Sequence record: OP557969.1 | DNA: 64,000 bases | Source of the DNA: Escherichia phage ph0011 | Direction: 5' to 3' (one strand) | Part shown: positions 9,507-19,322 of the stretch, piece by piece | How positions within the stretch are numbered: position 1 is the first letter of the stretch | How the letters are laid out: each line of letters starts with the position of its first letter | Program-made: the position numbers and the translations under genes | The notes under the pieces: generated by a model | Seen by the model: only the letters and a program-made list of their open reading frames with translations | What the model was told of the DNA's origin: nothing | Database searches by the model: none

Positions 9507-10193
9507 ATGGCTACAATGCTTGATCGATATGGCGTGCCGCTGGCGGGTGGTGGTCGTATCTCTATGAAACAACCGAAAGCAAAATATAAATTTCGTGTCA
9601 TTTTCTTTGGTTTCGGAACTAATGATGATGGTAATATGATTACACTAGACACTAATACAGTAGGGGCAGTATCTGTATCACATGAAAACGTTACTGTTCA
9701 TAGTTACAACAGTTCTGCACATTATAAAGGTAAGTACACATGGGATACCATTGAAATTGCTTTCCGTGATTCTGTTGGTAACGCATCAGCAAAAGCATTA
9801 TATAACCAAATGCGTAAAGAATTTAACTACTACAGCCAAGAATCCCGTATGACTGATTCACAATTTAAATTCGAAATGTGGATTCAGGAACTGGATGGTT
9901 CGAATAGTGAAAATACTTCTAACCTTTTTGAAGGTACGTTGAGTACTTGGGTATGCCAAGGTTGCTTTATTGAATCAAGCAACTTTGGTGATTGGGATTA
10001 TTCATCTAGTGATGCTCAAGTTATTTCAATGACAGTACAACCTGATGGCTGTGCTAAATTGGGTCCAAACGGTGAAGCATTTGGTGATGAAGTTAGTGGT
10101 TTCGGTAATCCTTCTACTGCTACATCTATTTCTGGTGCACAAACCAATATCAGTAGCACTACACTACCTGATAGTAATTTCTATGAAAAATAA
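9507..10193 (+). CDS. tail tube protein (gp19-like)
   Basis: 228 aa; AGGAGA RBS; N-terminal motif YGVPLAGG...QPKAKYKFRVI shared with the next gene; position after sheath. Confidence 0.65.
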   Translation: MATMLDRYGVPLAGGGRISMKQPKAKYKFRVIFFGFGTNDDGNMITLDTNTVGAVSVSHENVTVHSYNSSAHYKGKYTWDTIEIAFRDSVGNASAKALYNQMRKEFNYYSQESRMTDSQFKFEMWIQELDGSNSENTSNLFEGTLSTWVCQGCFIESSNFGDWDYSSSDAQVISMTVQPDGCAKLGPNGEAFGDEVSGFGNPSTATSISGAQTNISSTTLPDSNFYEK

Positions 10194-10213
10194 TTTCATT
10201 TAAACTTAATATA

Positions 10214-10240
10214 GCCTCGAATCATTTCGGGGCTTTTTTT
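10214..10240 (+). terminator. terminator-like hairpin
   Basis: GCCTCGAA-TCAT-TTCGGGGC followed by T7. Confidence 0.45.
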
Positions 10241-10285
10241 ATGCTAAATAAAGTATAATACCTTAAAAAATATAAAGAGGTTGCT

Positions 10286-11062
10286 ATGGCAAATAACATG
10301 ATTAATAAATATGGGGTTCCTTTACCATCAGGGCGTAATAGATCTATGCTTCAACCAAAAGCAAAATACAAGTTTCGTGTTATTGTATATAATTTTGGAA
10401 CTGAAATAAATGAACGAGATCACATCGCACTAGATGTTGATAAAATTGACAGACCTACTGTTACATTTAGCACACATAAACTATATCAATTTACAACCAA
10501 TACATCATATATTGGAAGTCATGATTGGGAGCCAATTACTTTATCTATACGTGATTCTGTTGGTAACGCATCAGCAAAAGCATTATCAAGACAATTACAA
10601 AAACAACTAGACTTTCAACGAAGAATAACTCAAAGAAGGAATCATGACTATGGTTCATATAAATTCGGATTAGTTATACAAATGCTTAGTGGTCGCAATG
10701 CTGATGATACCTTGGATAATTTAGGAAGAGATACTTTAGTTGATGCATCTACCGCTGCAACAAATAATTCTGGTCTTGTCAATGCAGTTGACCAATTTAT
10801 TGGTGGTTCATCATATAATAGTGCAGGTGTAATGGAATACTTTGTTTTAACTGGATGTGTTATTCAAAACATATCATACGATTCTCTGGATTATAGTTCA
10901 AGTTCACCAGTTGAAATGGTTGTAACTATAAAACCAGATAATTGTATACAATTTGATAACATTGAAGAAATGTATAGTACCAGAATAAATTCACTTTTAC
11001 CTGAAAATGTCAATCAAGGGTTAGATATCATTGATCGTGTTTTTGGTAATGTTGGATTTTAA
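10286..11062 (+). CDS. tail tube paralog
   Basis: 258 aa; N-terminus YGVPLPSGRNRSMLQPKAKYKFRVI near-identical in pattern to the preceding tube protein; AAGAGG RBS. Confidence 0.6.
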   Translation: MANNMINKYGVPLPSGRNRSMLQPKAKYKFRVIVYNFGTEINERDHIALDVDKIDRPTVTFSTHKLYQFTTNTSYIGSHDWEPITLSIRDSVGNASAKALSRQLQKQLDFQRRITQRRNHDYGSYKFGLVIQMLSGRNADDTLDNLGRDTLVDASTAATNNSGLVNAVDQFIGGSSYNSAGVMEYFVLTGCVIQNISYDSLDYSSSSPVEMVVTIKPDNCIQFDNIEEMYSTRINSLLPENVNQGLDIIDRVFGNVGF

Positions 11063-11073
11063 GGAGGTGATGG

Positions 11074-12168
11074 ATGAGTGATTTTTTTGATTCATTTGTT
11101 AGTACTGGAACTGGTATAGTAGATGGAGTTATTGATAATATAAACATAGTAAATGATCCAGCATTCAAGAACTATAATGCGGCCCAGCGTGTTTTTGGAA
11201 CAGCAGGTGAAATGGGGTTCTCATTTTATAACTTACCAAAATTTAAAAATAGTTTTATAATAGAATTTGTATTAACTCCTTTCGCAAAGAACTTTATTAA
11301 AACACAATTACCAGATACACATACTGGCTTTGATGTTAATAATGTATCGTGTTTTGTGAAAGATGTGACGTTACCAAGCTTTTCATTCAATATTGAAACA
11401 GTAAATCAATATAACAAAAAGCGATTAGTTACTGGGGATATAGTTTATAAACCAAGTACTGTGGTTTTTTATGATACTGTAGATGGGGCTGGATACTTAC
11501 TACTGGATGCATATAGAAAGTTTTATTATGGGGATTTTTTTGATAAAAATCCACAATCATACAGAAATGATGTATTAAGTACACCTGACAACTTTAATGG
11601 ACTAGGTGGTAACTGGGGTCGTTCTGTTATGAATAATGGTAATTATGATAATCAGTACTTTTTCAAATCCATTAATATATATGAGATTGATAATGAGACA
11701 TATACTGTACATAATATGATAAATGTATTCATTGAAGATGTACAATTGGAAACAAAATCCATGGAAAGTGAAGCAGAACCTTCTATGATTACATTAACCA
11801 TGAGATATGAAGCATGTAACAACTTTGGTCCTGATGGGTATTTGAGCATTAGTGTTCCGTCGATGGAGATTGCTCATTTGATTACGAACACAGAAGGACT
11901 TGGTGTTAGTGGGTTTTTTAAATTTTTTGGTGAGTTAGATGATAAAACTGCCGGAATCACAACTGTTGGTAAAATTATCCGAGCAGGTACGGCAACTAGT
12001 GATATAATAAGCAGTGTTGATGATATATTGCGTGGGGATACTACACCTGATACAATTCGAAACATAGGTGCTGCTGTAACTAGGGGTTCTGATGCGATTG
12101 GATTTGGTAGTGTTGTGTCGGATGCAAGTTCTAAATTTGGACTTGGTAATATACTAGGAGATTTCTAA
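11074..12168 (+). CDS. tube-fold protein (tube initiator or baseplate-tube junction candidate)
   Basis: 364 aa; AAGGAGG RBS; C-terminal motif EPSMITLTMRYEACNNF parallels the C-termini of both tube paralogs. Confidence 0.45.
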   Translation: MSDFFDSFVSTGTGIVDGVIDNINIVNDPAFKNYNAAQRVFGTAGEMGFSFYNLPKFKNSFIIEFVLTPFAKNFIKTQLPDTHTGFDVNNVSCFVKDVTLPSFSFNIETVNQYNKKRLVTGDIVYKPSTVVFYDTVDGAGYLLLDAYRKFYYGDFFDKNPQSYRNDVLSTPDNFNGLGGNWGRSVMNNGNYDNQYFFKSINIYEIDNETYTVHNMINVFIEDVQLETKSMESEAEPSMITLTMRYEACNNFGPDGYLSISVPSMEIAHLITNTEGLGVSGFFKFFGELDDKTAGITTVGKIIRAGTATSDIISSVDDILRGDTTPDTIRNIGAAVTRGSDAIGFGSVVSDASSKFGLGNILGDF

Positions 12169-12210
12169 TAGCAGGATACTGTAATGTTTAGAATTAAATA
12201 TTGTTAAATG

Positions 12211-12218
12211 TATAAATT
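12211..12218 (+). promoter_or_regulatory. T4 late-promoter-like box (TATAAATT)
   Basis: TATAAATT 15 nt upstream of ATG 12233. Confidence 0.25.
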
Positions 12219-12229
12219 AAAAGGCATAA

Positions 12230-13240
<1,011 letters not shown>

Positions 13241-13268
13241 CTAAAACGTCTATTAATGGAGTTATTAA

Positions 13269-13805
13269 ATGAACAAGCTACAAAAAATTCTAACAGAAAA
13301 TAAACCTGTGTATGAATATCGTGTCAAATTTGCATTTGAGCCGAGTGCTGAACAATTGAGTAAAGTTACACAACGACTAGTAGATCGATATGATGCATTT
13401 GAAGTAGGTGCGTTGAAGAAAACAATTTTTATGGAAAAACCACTAGATTTTTACGAACTCGATTGTGGTGAAATCTGGATGTTTGATTTTAAATGCAATC
13501 GTGGTGTTCAGTCTAATGTACTGATGTATGAAATTGGAAACCTTCTGTCTGTTACTGAAGCACTTATTCGTGTTCGTAATAAAGATGAGCCTCGTCAAAT
13601 CGAAATGACAGATTTGGAAGATGATATTGATTTTGATGTTATTGATGAACCTATTATCGGTGTTGATTTTGGTAAACCTGAAGATAGTACTGATTTGGCT
13701 GGACAACAACGTGCTGATACAGCAGTTTCTGATGCCATTAAAGCTGTTAAAAAAGAAAATAAATACTCTCAATATATGAGTGCTGGTTTTAGTAAAAAGG
13801 ATTAA
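13269..13805 (+). CDS. hypothetical protein
   Basis: 178 aa; ATG 28 nt after previous stop. Confidence 0.55.
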   Translation: MNKLQKILTENKPVYEYRVKFAFEPSAEQLSKVTQRLVDRYDAFEVGALKKTIFMEKPLDFYELDCGEIWMFDFKCNRGVQSNVLMYEIGNLLSVTEALIRVRNKDEPRQIEMTDLEDDIDFDVIDEPIIGVDFGKPEDSTDLAGQQRADTAVSDAIKAVKKENKYSQYMSAGFSKKD

Positions 13806-13808
13806 GAC

Positions 13809-14351
13809 ATGAGTATACTTAATGAAATGTTGGACTATGAAGATAATGAGTTAAATGAAGCTCGACCATATAGTCGTTCACAGAGTGCTATTGATAGTGC
13901 AAAAGGTAAAGTAAAAGGTTTTTTTGGTAGTGGGCAGATTGAACAAGGTGCACAAGAGGTTGGTGCTGAAGCGAACCGTTTGTGGGCAGAGTTTAAACGT
14001 TATGTTGGTCGAAAATATGGCAAAGCACAACCATCTGTTCCTTACGCTGATGTTGCACAGTTTTTTAAAGGGAACAATCTTGATATTAAATACTTGGGTA
14101 ATAATCCACGTCGTTCTTTTACACCAAAAGATGTAGGTACTGCTTTATTAAACGCTGCTCGTGATCTAATGAATGACTATCGTGACCAACAAGGCGAGGA
14201 AGAACGTTCTGAACCACAACAGTCACAGCGTACTGCACCTGAGCAACCAGCACAACAAGAACAACCAAAAGCACAAGGTTCCAGTATCCCTGATGCTCTA
14301 CAAAAATTAAGTCCAGAGCAACGCGACCAACTGTTACGTATGCTTTCTTAA
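13809..14351 (+). CDS. hypothetical protein (Q/E-rich C-terminus)
   Basis: 180 aa; ATG 3 nt after previous stop. Confidence 0.55.
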   Translation: MSILNEMLDYEDNELNEARPYSRSQSAIDSAKGKVKGFFGSGQIEQGAQEVGAEANRLWAEFKRYVGRKYGKAQPSVPYADVAQFFKGNNLDIKYLGNNPRRSFTPKDVGTALLNAARDLMNDYRDQQGEEERSEPQQSQRTAPEQPAQQEQPKAQGSSIPDALQKLSPEQRDQLLRMLS

Positions 14352-14364
14352 GGAGAACCATCAC

Positions 14365-15864
14365 ATGGATAATTTTTTCAGTACTGAAACTACCACCGTT
14401 CCTAATGGATATGTATATACGTCCCATACTGGTGCAAAATATGTATTTCTAGAAGGATTTTGGTTCAATGATAGTAATATGTTAATGGTAGACCCTAGAA
14501 AATACCCATCCATGTACGCAAGTGCTTGTCAGCAAATTGTCGAGCATAATCTGGCTTCAAATGAATATAAGATTGGTAAAAAATATATTATTGAAGGCAA
14601 AGAGTGTACATTTATTGGAGAAAACCGATTTGAATCAAAAGATGGTATTCTACTAACTGAAAGTGAAATCATCACTGAGTTAATGGCAGACGACCATCGC
14701 GTATATAATGTGTCTAAAGAAACACTCCAAAAAGAATGGAATGACTTAAAATTCTATATTCTTCCCCCATATGCTGATGATATTTCTATTCCAGCAGGTA
14801 TGGAAGTTGGTGGATTTAAATATGTTCCTAAAAAACATCGTTTTGTTGATATTAAATCGGGTCATCCGGTTGATCCAGTAATGACCCGTAAACTGTCAGA
14901 TGAAGGTATGCGTATTGCCCGTCAGTTAGCATCAAAAAATAAACTAATTCCAATCAAATCTACATTAGTTCAAGGTAATTCTCGATGTGAATGGAATGGT
15001 AAAGATTTTTGTGACAACGATGGTAATGTGGTAATCCCAGAGCAAAATGCACATACAATCATTAATGCGTATCAGAAATTTGTTAAAAACCACCCTGAAG
15101 ACTTCCCAACTCTAACTGGGGAACACGAACATAGTGAACAACGATTCGGTTCAGGTGAAAAACCAGAACAACGAGGTAAACCGACAGCTTTTGCAACAAA
15201 AGAATCAATCAATGAAGCTGATGAAGAAATTGAAGATTTTGAAAGCATTACGGTCCCTGATGGTTATCGAATGACTTCTTCTAAAGGAAAAACCTATACG
15301 AAGAAGAACAACATGTGGTATGATATTGAAACGAAAAAACGACTCAATACTAGTGCATCTAAAAGTGTTGAACTAGCAGCCCAGCGTGACATTTTCCGTC
15401 ATAACAATTCAGGGGCAATGAAAATCGGCACAAAAGTTAAATCCAAACAAGGAAAAGAATATTCTTATGTTGGTGGTGATAGATTTATTAGTGCCGATGG
15501 GAAGTTTATTCCAAAAGCAACCGCAGAGAAATTACTGGCTAAGTATGATGAAGAGAAAGCAGTTCAAGATGATGTGAAACCGGAAGATTCTAGTACTGAA
15601 CAACTTCATCAAAAAGAAGAACCAAAAACCAAACCAGAAAACATTTCTGAACCTGAGCCAGAAAAGGAATCTGAAACTGATAACATTGCTGGTGATGATG
15701 TACAATCATTGGCTTCTAAAATCAAAGAGTCTCCTTATGCTAAAAAAATCACAGTACTGTTAACTCGTGGTGATGAGGTTTCTCTACTTGCTGCTGACAT
15801 TTTACTTTCAGGTAAAAAGGATGAAACAGTGCAAATTTTAAAATCATTAAATAATAATGATTGA
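14365..15864 (+). CDS. hypothetical protein with internal duplicated motifs
   Basis: 499 aa; AGGAGAA RBS; duplicated segments (GKKYIIEGKECTFIGENRFESKDG / GKEYSYVGGDRFISADGKF); acidic C-terminal region. Confidence 0.6.
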   Translation: MDNFFSTETTTVPNGYVYTSHTGAKYVFLEGFWFNDSNMLMVDPRKYPSMYASACQQIVEHNLASNEYKIGKKYIIEGKECTFIGENRFESKDGILLTESEIITELMADDHRVYNVSKETLQKEWNDLKFYILPPYADDISIPAGMEVGGFKYVPKKHRFVDIKSGHPVDPVMTRKLSDEGMRIARQLASKNKLIPIKSTLVQGNSRCEWNGKDFCDNDGNVVIPEQNAHTIINAYQKFVKNHPEDFPTLTGEHEHSEQRFGSGEKPEQRGKPTAFATKESINEADEEIEDFESITVPDGYRMTSSKGKTYTKKNNMWYDIETKKRLNTSASKSVELAAQRDIFRHNNSGAMKIGTKVKSKQGKEYSYVGGDRFISADGKFIPKATAEKLLAKYDEEKAVQDDVKPEDSSTEQLHQKEEPKTKPENISEPEPEKESETDNIAGDDVQSLASKIKESPYAKKITVLLTRGDEVSLLAADILLSGKKDETVQILKSLNNND

Positions 15865-15886
15865 TAACTAAAAGGATTTATTTAAA

Positions 15887-16840
15887 ATGACAAAAAAAAT
15901 TAATGAAGCACAAGTTAAAATCGATATCGCAGGTTTAGAATCTGATGATTTGGAAACACTATCACGTATGCTGGCTCTTGCTGGGCAAGCAGAACACAAA
16001 GACCCAGTTGTTGCTCAAGTTCCTTCGATGGGGGCAATTTCACCATCAATTCCACCTATTGCACCACTAGACATTGATTCAATTGGAGCGGATGAAGAAA
16101 TCAGTGATATGGAAACTTCAATTGAAGATCCACTAGCATCGGCAGTTGATGAACTTTCCTCAGATGTTGCTGATTTTGGTGCTGAAGGTGATGAAGTTAG
16201 TATGGATGCTGAATTTTCAGAACCAGATGCTGAAGAAGATTTATCACTAGACTTGAGTGGTCAACCACAACTTGAATCCGTTGAAGATGACGATGAGGAA
16301 GAAGAAATTATTGAAGAAGAATTTGATTTTAGTCGTATGCTATCACTTGCTGGTATCAACGAAGAAGATGAGGATTTTTCAGTAGAGGACGAACCTTCTG
16401 ATAATAAAGAACAATTTCTTCCAGACCTAAGCATCGTTGAAGATGAGGAACCATCAAACAATACTGATTATGGTCCATATAGCTCAGAAGCTGATGCGGT
16501 ACGTGACGGCGAACTAAAAACTAATGGTGTTGAAGGTGATAATTTTGTTGTAATTGTGAAAGGAAACCAATTTTATTGGAGACGTGTTGTAGATGAAGAC
16601 ATTGACAATCGTCCAGAACCTGAGTATTATGACAATGAAGGAAATGAACATCGTGTTCACAAATTTGAACCAAAAGCACCAGGTACTGCACTAGGTGATA
16701 ACCCACTAAATGTTAATGAAAGTGAAGATGATGATTCACCAGAAGGTAACATTGATCTTGAAGATGATTCTGATGAAAAAGTAGAAGATATTTTTGAAAG
16801 TCTCCAAGAAAAATATAAGAAATTTTTAGGAGATATTTAA
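15887..16840 (+). CDS. highly acidic protein (scaffold, internal or DNA-mimic candidate)
   Basis: 317 aa; long D/E runs such as VEDDDEEEEIIEEEFDF. Confidence 0.6.
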   Translation: MTKKINEAQVKIDIAGLESDDLETLSRMLALAGQAEHKDPVVAQVPSMGAISPSIPPIAPLDIDSIGADEEISDMETSIEDPLASAVDELSSDVADFGAEGDEVSMDAEFSEPDAEEDLSLDLSGQPQLESVEDDDEEEEIIEEEFDFSRMLSLAGINEEDEDFSVEDEPSDNKEQFLPDLSIVEDEEPSNNTDYGPYSSEADAVRDGELKTNGVEGDNFVVIVKGNQFYWRRVVDEDIDNRPEPEYYDNEGNEHRVHKFEPKAPGTALGDNPLNVNESEDDDSPEGNIDLEDDSDEKVEDIFESLQEKYKKFLGDI

Positions 16841-16841
16841 T

Positions 16842-17237
16842 ATGACATACAATTATCGTGAACTTGTTGAAGCATTGGATGAAATTACAGGTCGAGATGA
16901 AGATGAAAGTTTTTCAGTTCAAGTCGAATCTGATGTAGTAGCAGTTGATATTCTTAAGGATATCACTAAATGCCTCATTGACGTTGTTGATAATATTAAA
17001 TCTGGTGAAGATCAAAAAGAAATTGTCGAAAAACTACAAAAAGCACGTGACATTTTGTCTGACATGAGATATGATGATGAAAGTACTGAAGTTGCTGATG
17101 AAGAAGTTCTGGAAGCAATTGCTGGTTGTTTTGGAACCGAAGGTATGGGTCCAACAATTGACCAAGATGGAGTCCAGCACTATAACGAACCAGGTGCACC
17201 AACATATGCAGCACGTCAAGGTTATGTTGGAGACTGA
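16842..17237 (+). CDS. acidic hypothetical protein
   Basis: 131 aa; ATG 1 nt after previous stop. Confidence 0.55.
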   Translation: MTYNYRELVEALDEITGRDEDESFSVQVESDVVAVDILKDITKCLIDVVDNIKSGEDQKEIVEKLQKARDILSDMRYDDESTEVADEEVLEAIAGCFGTEGMGPTIDQDGVQHYNEPGAPTYAARQGYVGD

Positions 17238-17240
17238 TAT

Positions 17241-17621
17241 ATGTTTCCTGAACCATCACATAACAGTACTGAATATCAAAATAGTGTACTTTCCAAAGTT
17301 AGGGAAGTACATGAATCTGATTCAGAAATAACCGACCGTATGCTTCTGATGTCAATTTTTGAAAATTTCAGAACTGGCGGTGGTTTGCGTCTTAGCAAGT
17401 TTGGGTATGGAATTTGTAAAGAAAATAATCTATACGAATTTACAAAAATCCCCTTGAAAAGAGAATTTAAAAGTTCTATAATGTTTACATCACTTGATAG
17501 AATATGTACTTCACCTTACTATGTAGAAGGGCCGTATATATATCTTTCTGATGCAATGATAATAGCTGAATTAACATTGTGTTGTGATGATTTTAAGCAA
17601 TTGTTTTCTATACATATGTAA
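17241..17621 (+). CDS. hypothetical protein
   Basis: 126 aa; ATG 3 nt after previous stop; last gene before the promoter-rich intergenic region. Confidence 0.5.
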   Translation: MFPEPSHNSTEYQNSVLSKVREVHESDSEITDRMLLMSIFENFRTGGGLRLSKFGYGICKENNLYEFTKIPLKREFKSSIMFTSLDRICTSPYYVEGPYIYLSDAMIIAELTLCCDDFKQLFSIHM

Positions 17622-17634
17622 TAAAAAATAATTG

Positions 17635-17663
17635 TTGACAAGTTGAAAATGATGTGATATAAT
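17635..17663 (+). promoter_or_regulatory. sigma70-type promoter P1 (TTGACA, 17-nt spacer, extended -10 TGaTATAAT)
   Basis: Consensus -35 TTGACA 17635-17640 and TATAAT 17658-17663 with TG at -15/-14; -10 lies inside inverted repeat TGTGAT...ATCACA. Confidence 0.6.
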
Positions 17664-17690
17664 AAACATCACAATGAAAGTTTTCAAGTT

Positions 17691-17703
17691 TCACATGATG
17701 TGA
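17691..17703. promoter_or_regulatory. palindrome TCACAT-G-ATGTGA (operator-like)
   Basis: Perfect 6-bp half-sites between P1 and P2; same half-site flanks both -10 elements. Confidence 0.35.
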
Positions 17704-17725
17704 GATTGAAAAAAAGAAAAAATAG

Positions 17726-17753
17726 TTGACGAGTTGAAATGATGTGATATAAT
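17726..17753 (+). promoter_or_regulatory. sigma70-type promoter P2 (TTGACG, 16-nt spacer, extended -10)
   Basis: Near-duplicate of P1 about 90 nt downstream (AGTTGAAATGATGTGATATAAT); -10 inside inverted repeat GATGTGA...TCACATC. Confidence 0.55.
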
Positions 17754-17818
17754 GTTCACATCAAGACAACAAAGAGATTTACCTTTTAAACACACGGATG
17801 ATTCATGAAGTAACAAAG

Positions 17819-17861
17819 GAACTGATAAGTTAAAATATTTTAACACAGTTCCTTTACTTTT
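17819..17861 (+). terminator. hairpin with palindromic loop and T-run (terminator or attenuator candidate)
   Basis: Stem GGAACTG/CAGTTCC around a loop holding the 16-nt perfect palindrome GTTAAAATATTTTAAC, followed by TTTACTTTT. Confidence 0.4.
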
Positions 17862-17922
17862 GCACACGGATTGGCTATAATAGAAACCTAAACGATTTTA
17901 TCCAACAAAAGGAAATATATAC

Positions 17923-19248
17923 ATGACTACTCAAAACGATATCCTGAACGTTAAACTGACTCCAAAGAAAGCTAAAGAAGCAATGGCACTAGCTGACATG
18001 ATTCAAGATAGCCTGATGATTTGGGGTAGCCCAGGTATCGGTAAGTCTGCAATCGCTCGTCAATATGCTGATGAAAATTATCCACTGCGTAAAGACAACG
18101 AAGCCAAAATTGAGTTAATGAAACAACAAATTGAAGCTGACCCAGAGAATGCTGAACAGCTACGTCGTGAACTAGCTGCATTTGAAGCAAAACTGATCGA
18201 CCAAGATACAAACTTTATCGATTTCCGTTTGTCTCAGATTGAACCAAGTGACCTTCGTGGTATTCCAGTTCCAGAGAAACTTTTCCGTAAAACTGATGGT
18301 TCTCTCCTAAAAGAATCTGAGCTTGCTGAAGCAAAAGATTATGTAGCTGAAACAGCAGTAGTATGGGCAGCACCTAAAGTACTGAAATTACCAGATGATT
18401 GGAAAGGTGTTATTCTGTTTGACGAAATTAACTCTGCAATGCCAATTGTTCAGGCAGCGTCTTATCAGCTAATTCTCGACCGTTGTGTTGGTGAGATGAA
18501 GCTACCGAAAACTGCCCTGATTCTTGCAGCAGGTAACCGTGAAACTGATGGCGGTGTGACGTTCTCACTGGCTACACCACTACGTGACCGTATGACACAC
18601 ATTGAGATGATTCCTTATCATCAAGATTGGATCAACGATTATGCAATTGGTAAACGTTTGAACCCAGCAACTGTTGCGTTCATCAACAACACAGGTTCTA
18701 AGTACTTTAACACTCTTAGCCCACAAGATCCTTCTCACAGCGGTGGTACATCTCCGCGTTCATGGGAAGCAGTAGCACGCTACGAAGATCTGAAGAAAAC
18801 TAAGACGATTGATAAAGAAGTATTCCGTGCAATGATTGCGGGTCGTGTAGGTGAAGGTGTTGCAACTGAATACATTGAGTACGTTGATAACGTTGCAAAA
18901 CTCCCAGATACCATGTCTATTCTGTCTGGTGAAATCAAAGATATCGATGCGTCTCTTGATATTTCTGCTAACTACTTTATCACACTGAACTTGGTTTATA
19001 AAATTATTGACCTGTACAATGAGAAGCAAGAACAACGTCTACCAGTGGAAGAATGGGGTAAATTGTGCAACAACTTCATCACCTTCCTAGACCATAACTT
19101 CTCTGCAACTCAAGCAGAATTGGCAGTGCTGGCAATCCGTACCATTACACTACATAAGGTTTTGATTTCCATTAAAGATGTACCAGCGTTTAAAGATTTT
19201 ATCGCTAAGTACTCTGAACTAGTTCGTAAAGCACGCTCTCTTGGGTAA
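17923..19248 (+). CDS. MoxR/CobS-like AAA+ ATPase
   Basis: 441 aa; Walker A GSPGIGKS, Walker B ILFDEIN, sensor/Arg motifs AAGNRE and RDR; about 110-aa insertion between Walker A and B. Confidence 0.8.
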   Translation: MTTQNDILNVKLTPKKAKEAMALADMIQDSLMIWGSPGIGKSAIARQYADENYPLRKDNEAKIELMKQQIEADPENAEQLRRELAAFEAKLIDQDTNFIDFRLSQIEPSDLRGIPVPEKLFRKTDGSLLKESELAEAKDYVAETAVVWAAPKVLKLPDDWKGVILFDEINSAMPIVQAASYQLILDRCVGEMKLPKTALILAAGNRETDGGVTFSLATPLRDRMTHIEMIPYHQDWINDYAIGKRLNPATVAFINNTGSKYFNTLSPQDPSHSGGTSPRSWEAVARYEDLKKTKTIDKEVFRAMIAGRVGEGVATEYIEYVDNVAKLPDTMSILSGEIKDIDASLDISANYFITLNLVYKIIDLYNEKQEQRLPVEEWGKLCNNFITFLDHNFSATQAELAVLAIRTITLHKVLISIKDVPAFKDFIAKYSELVRKARSLG

Positions 19249-19262
19249 TTAACAAAGAGTTG

Positions 19263-19298
19263 TTGACAAGAAGGATACCTAATGGTATCCTTCTTTTA
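19263..19298 (+). terminator. hairpin terminator overlapped by a TTGACA box
   Basis: TTGACA then GAAGGATACC-TAAT-GGTATCCTTC followed by TTTTAT; between ATPase stop and VWA start. Confidence 0.45.
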
Positions 19299-19322
19299 TC
19301 TTAACTAAACGAGGAAATATAC

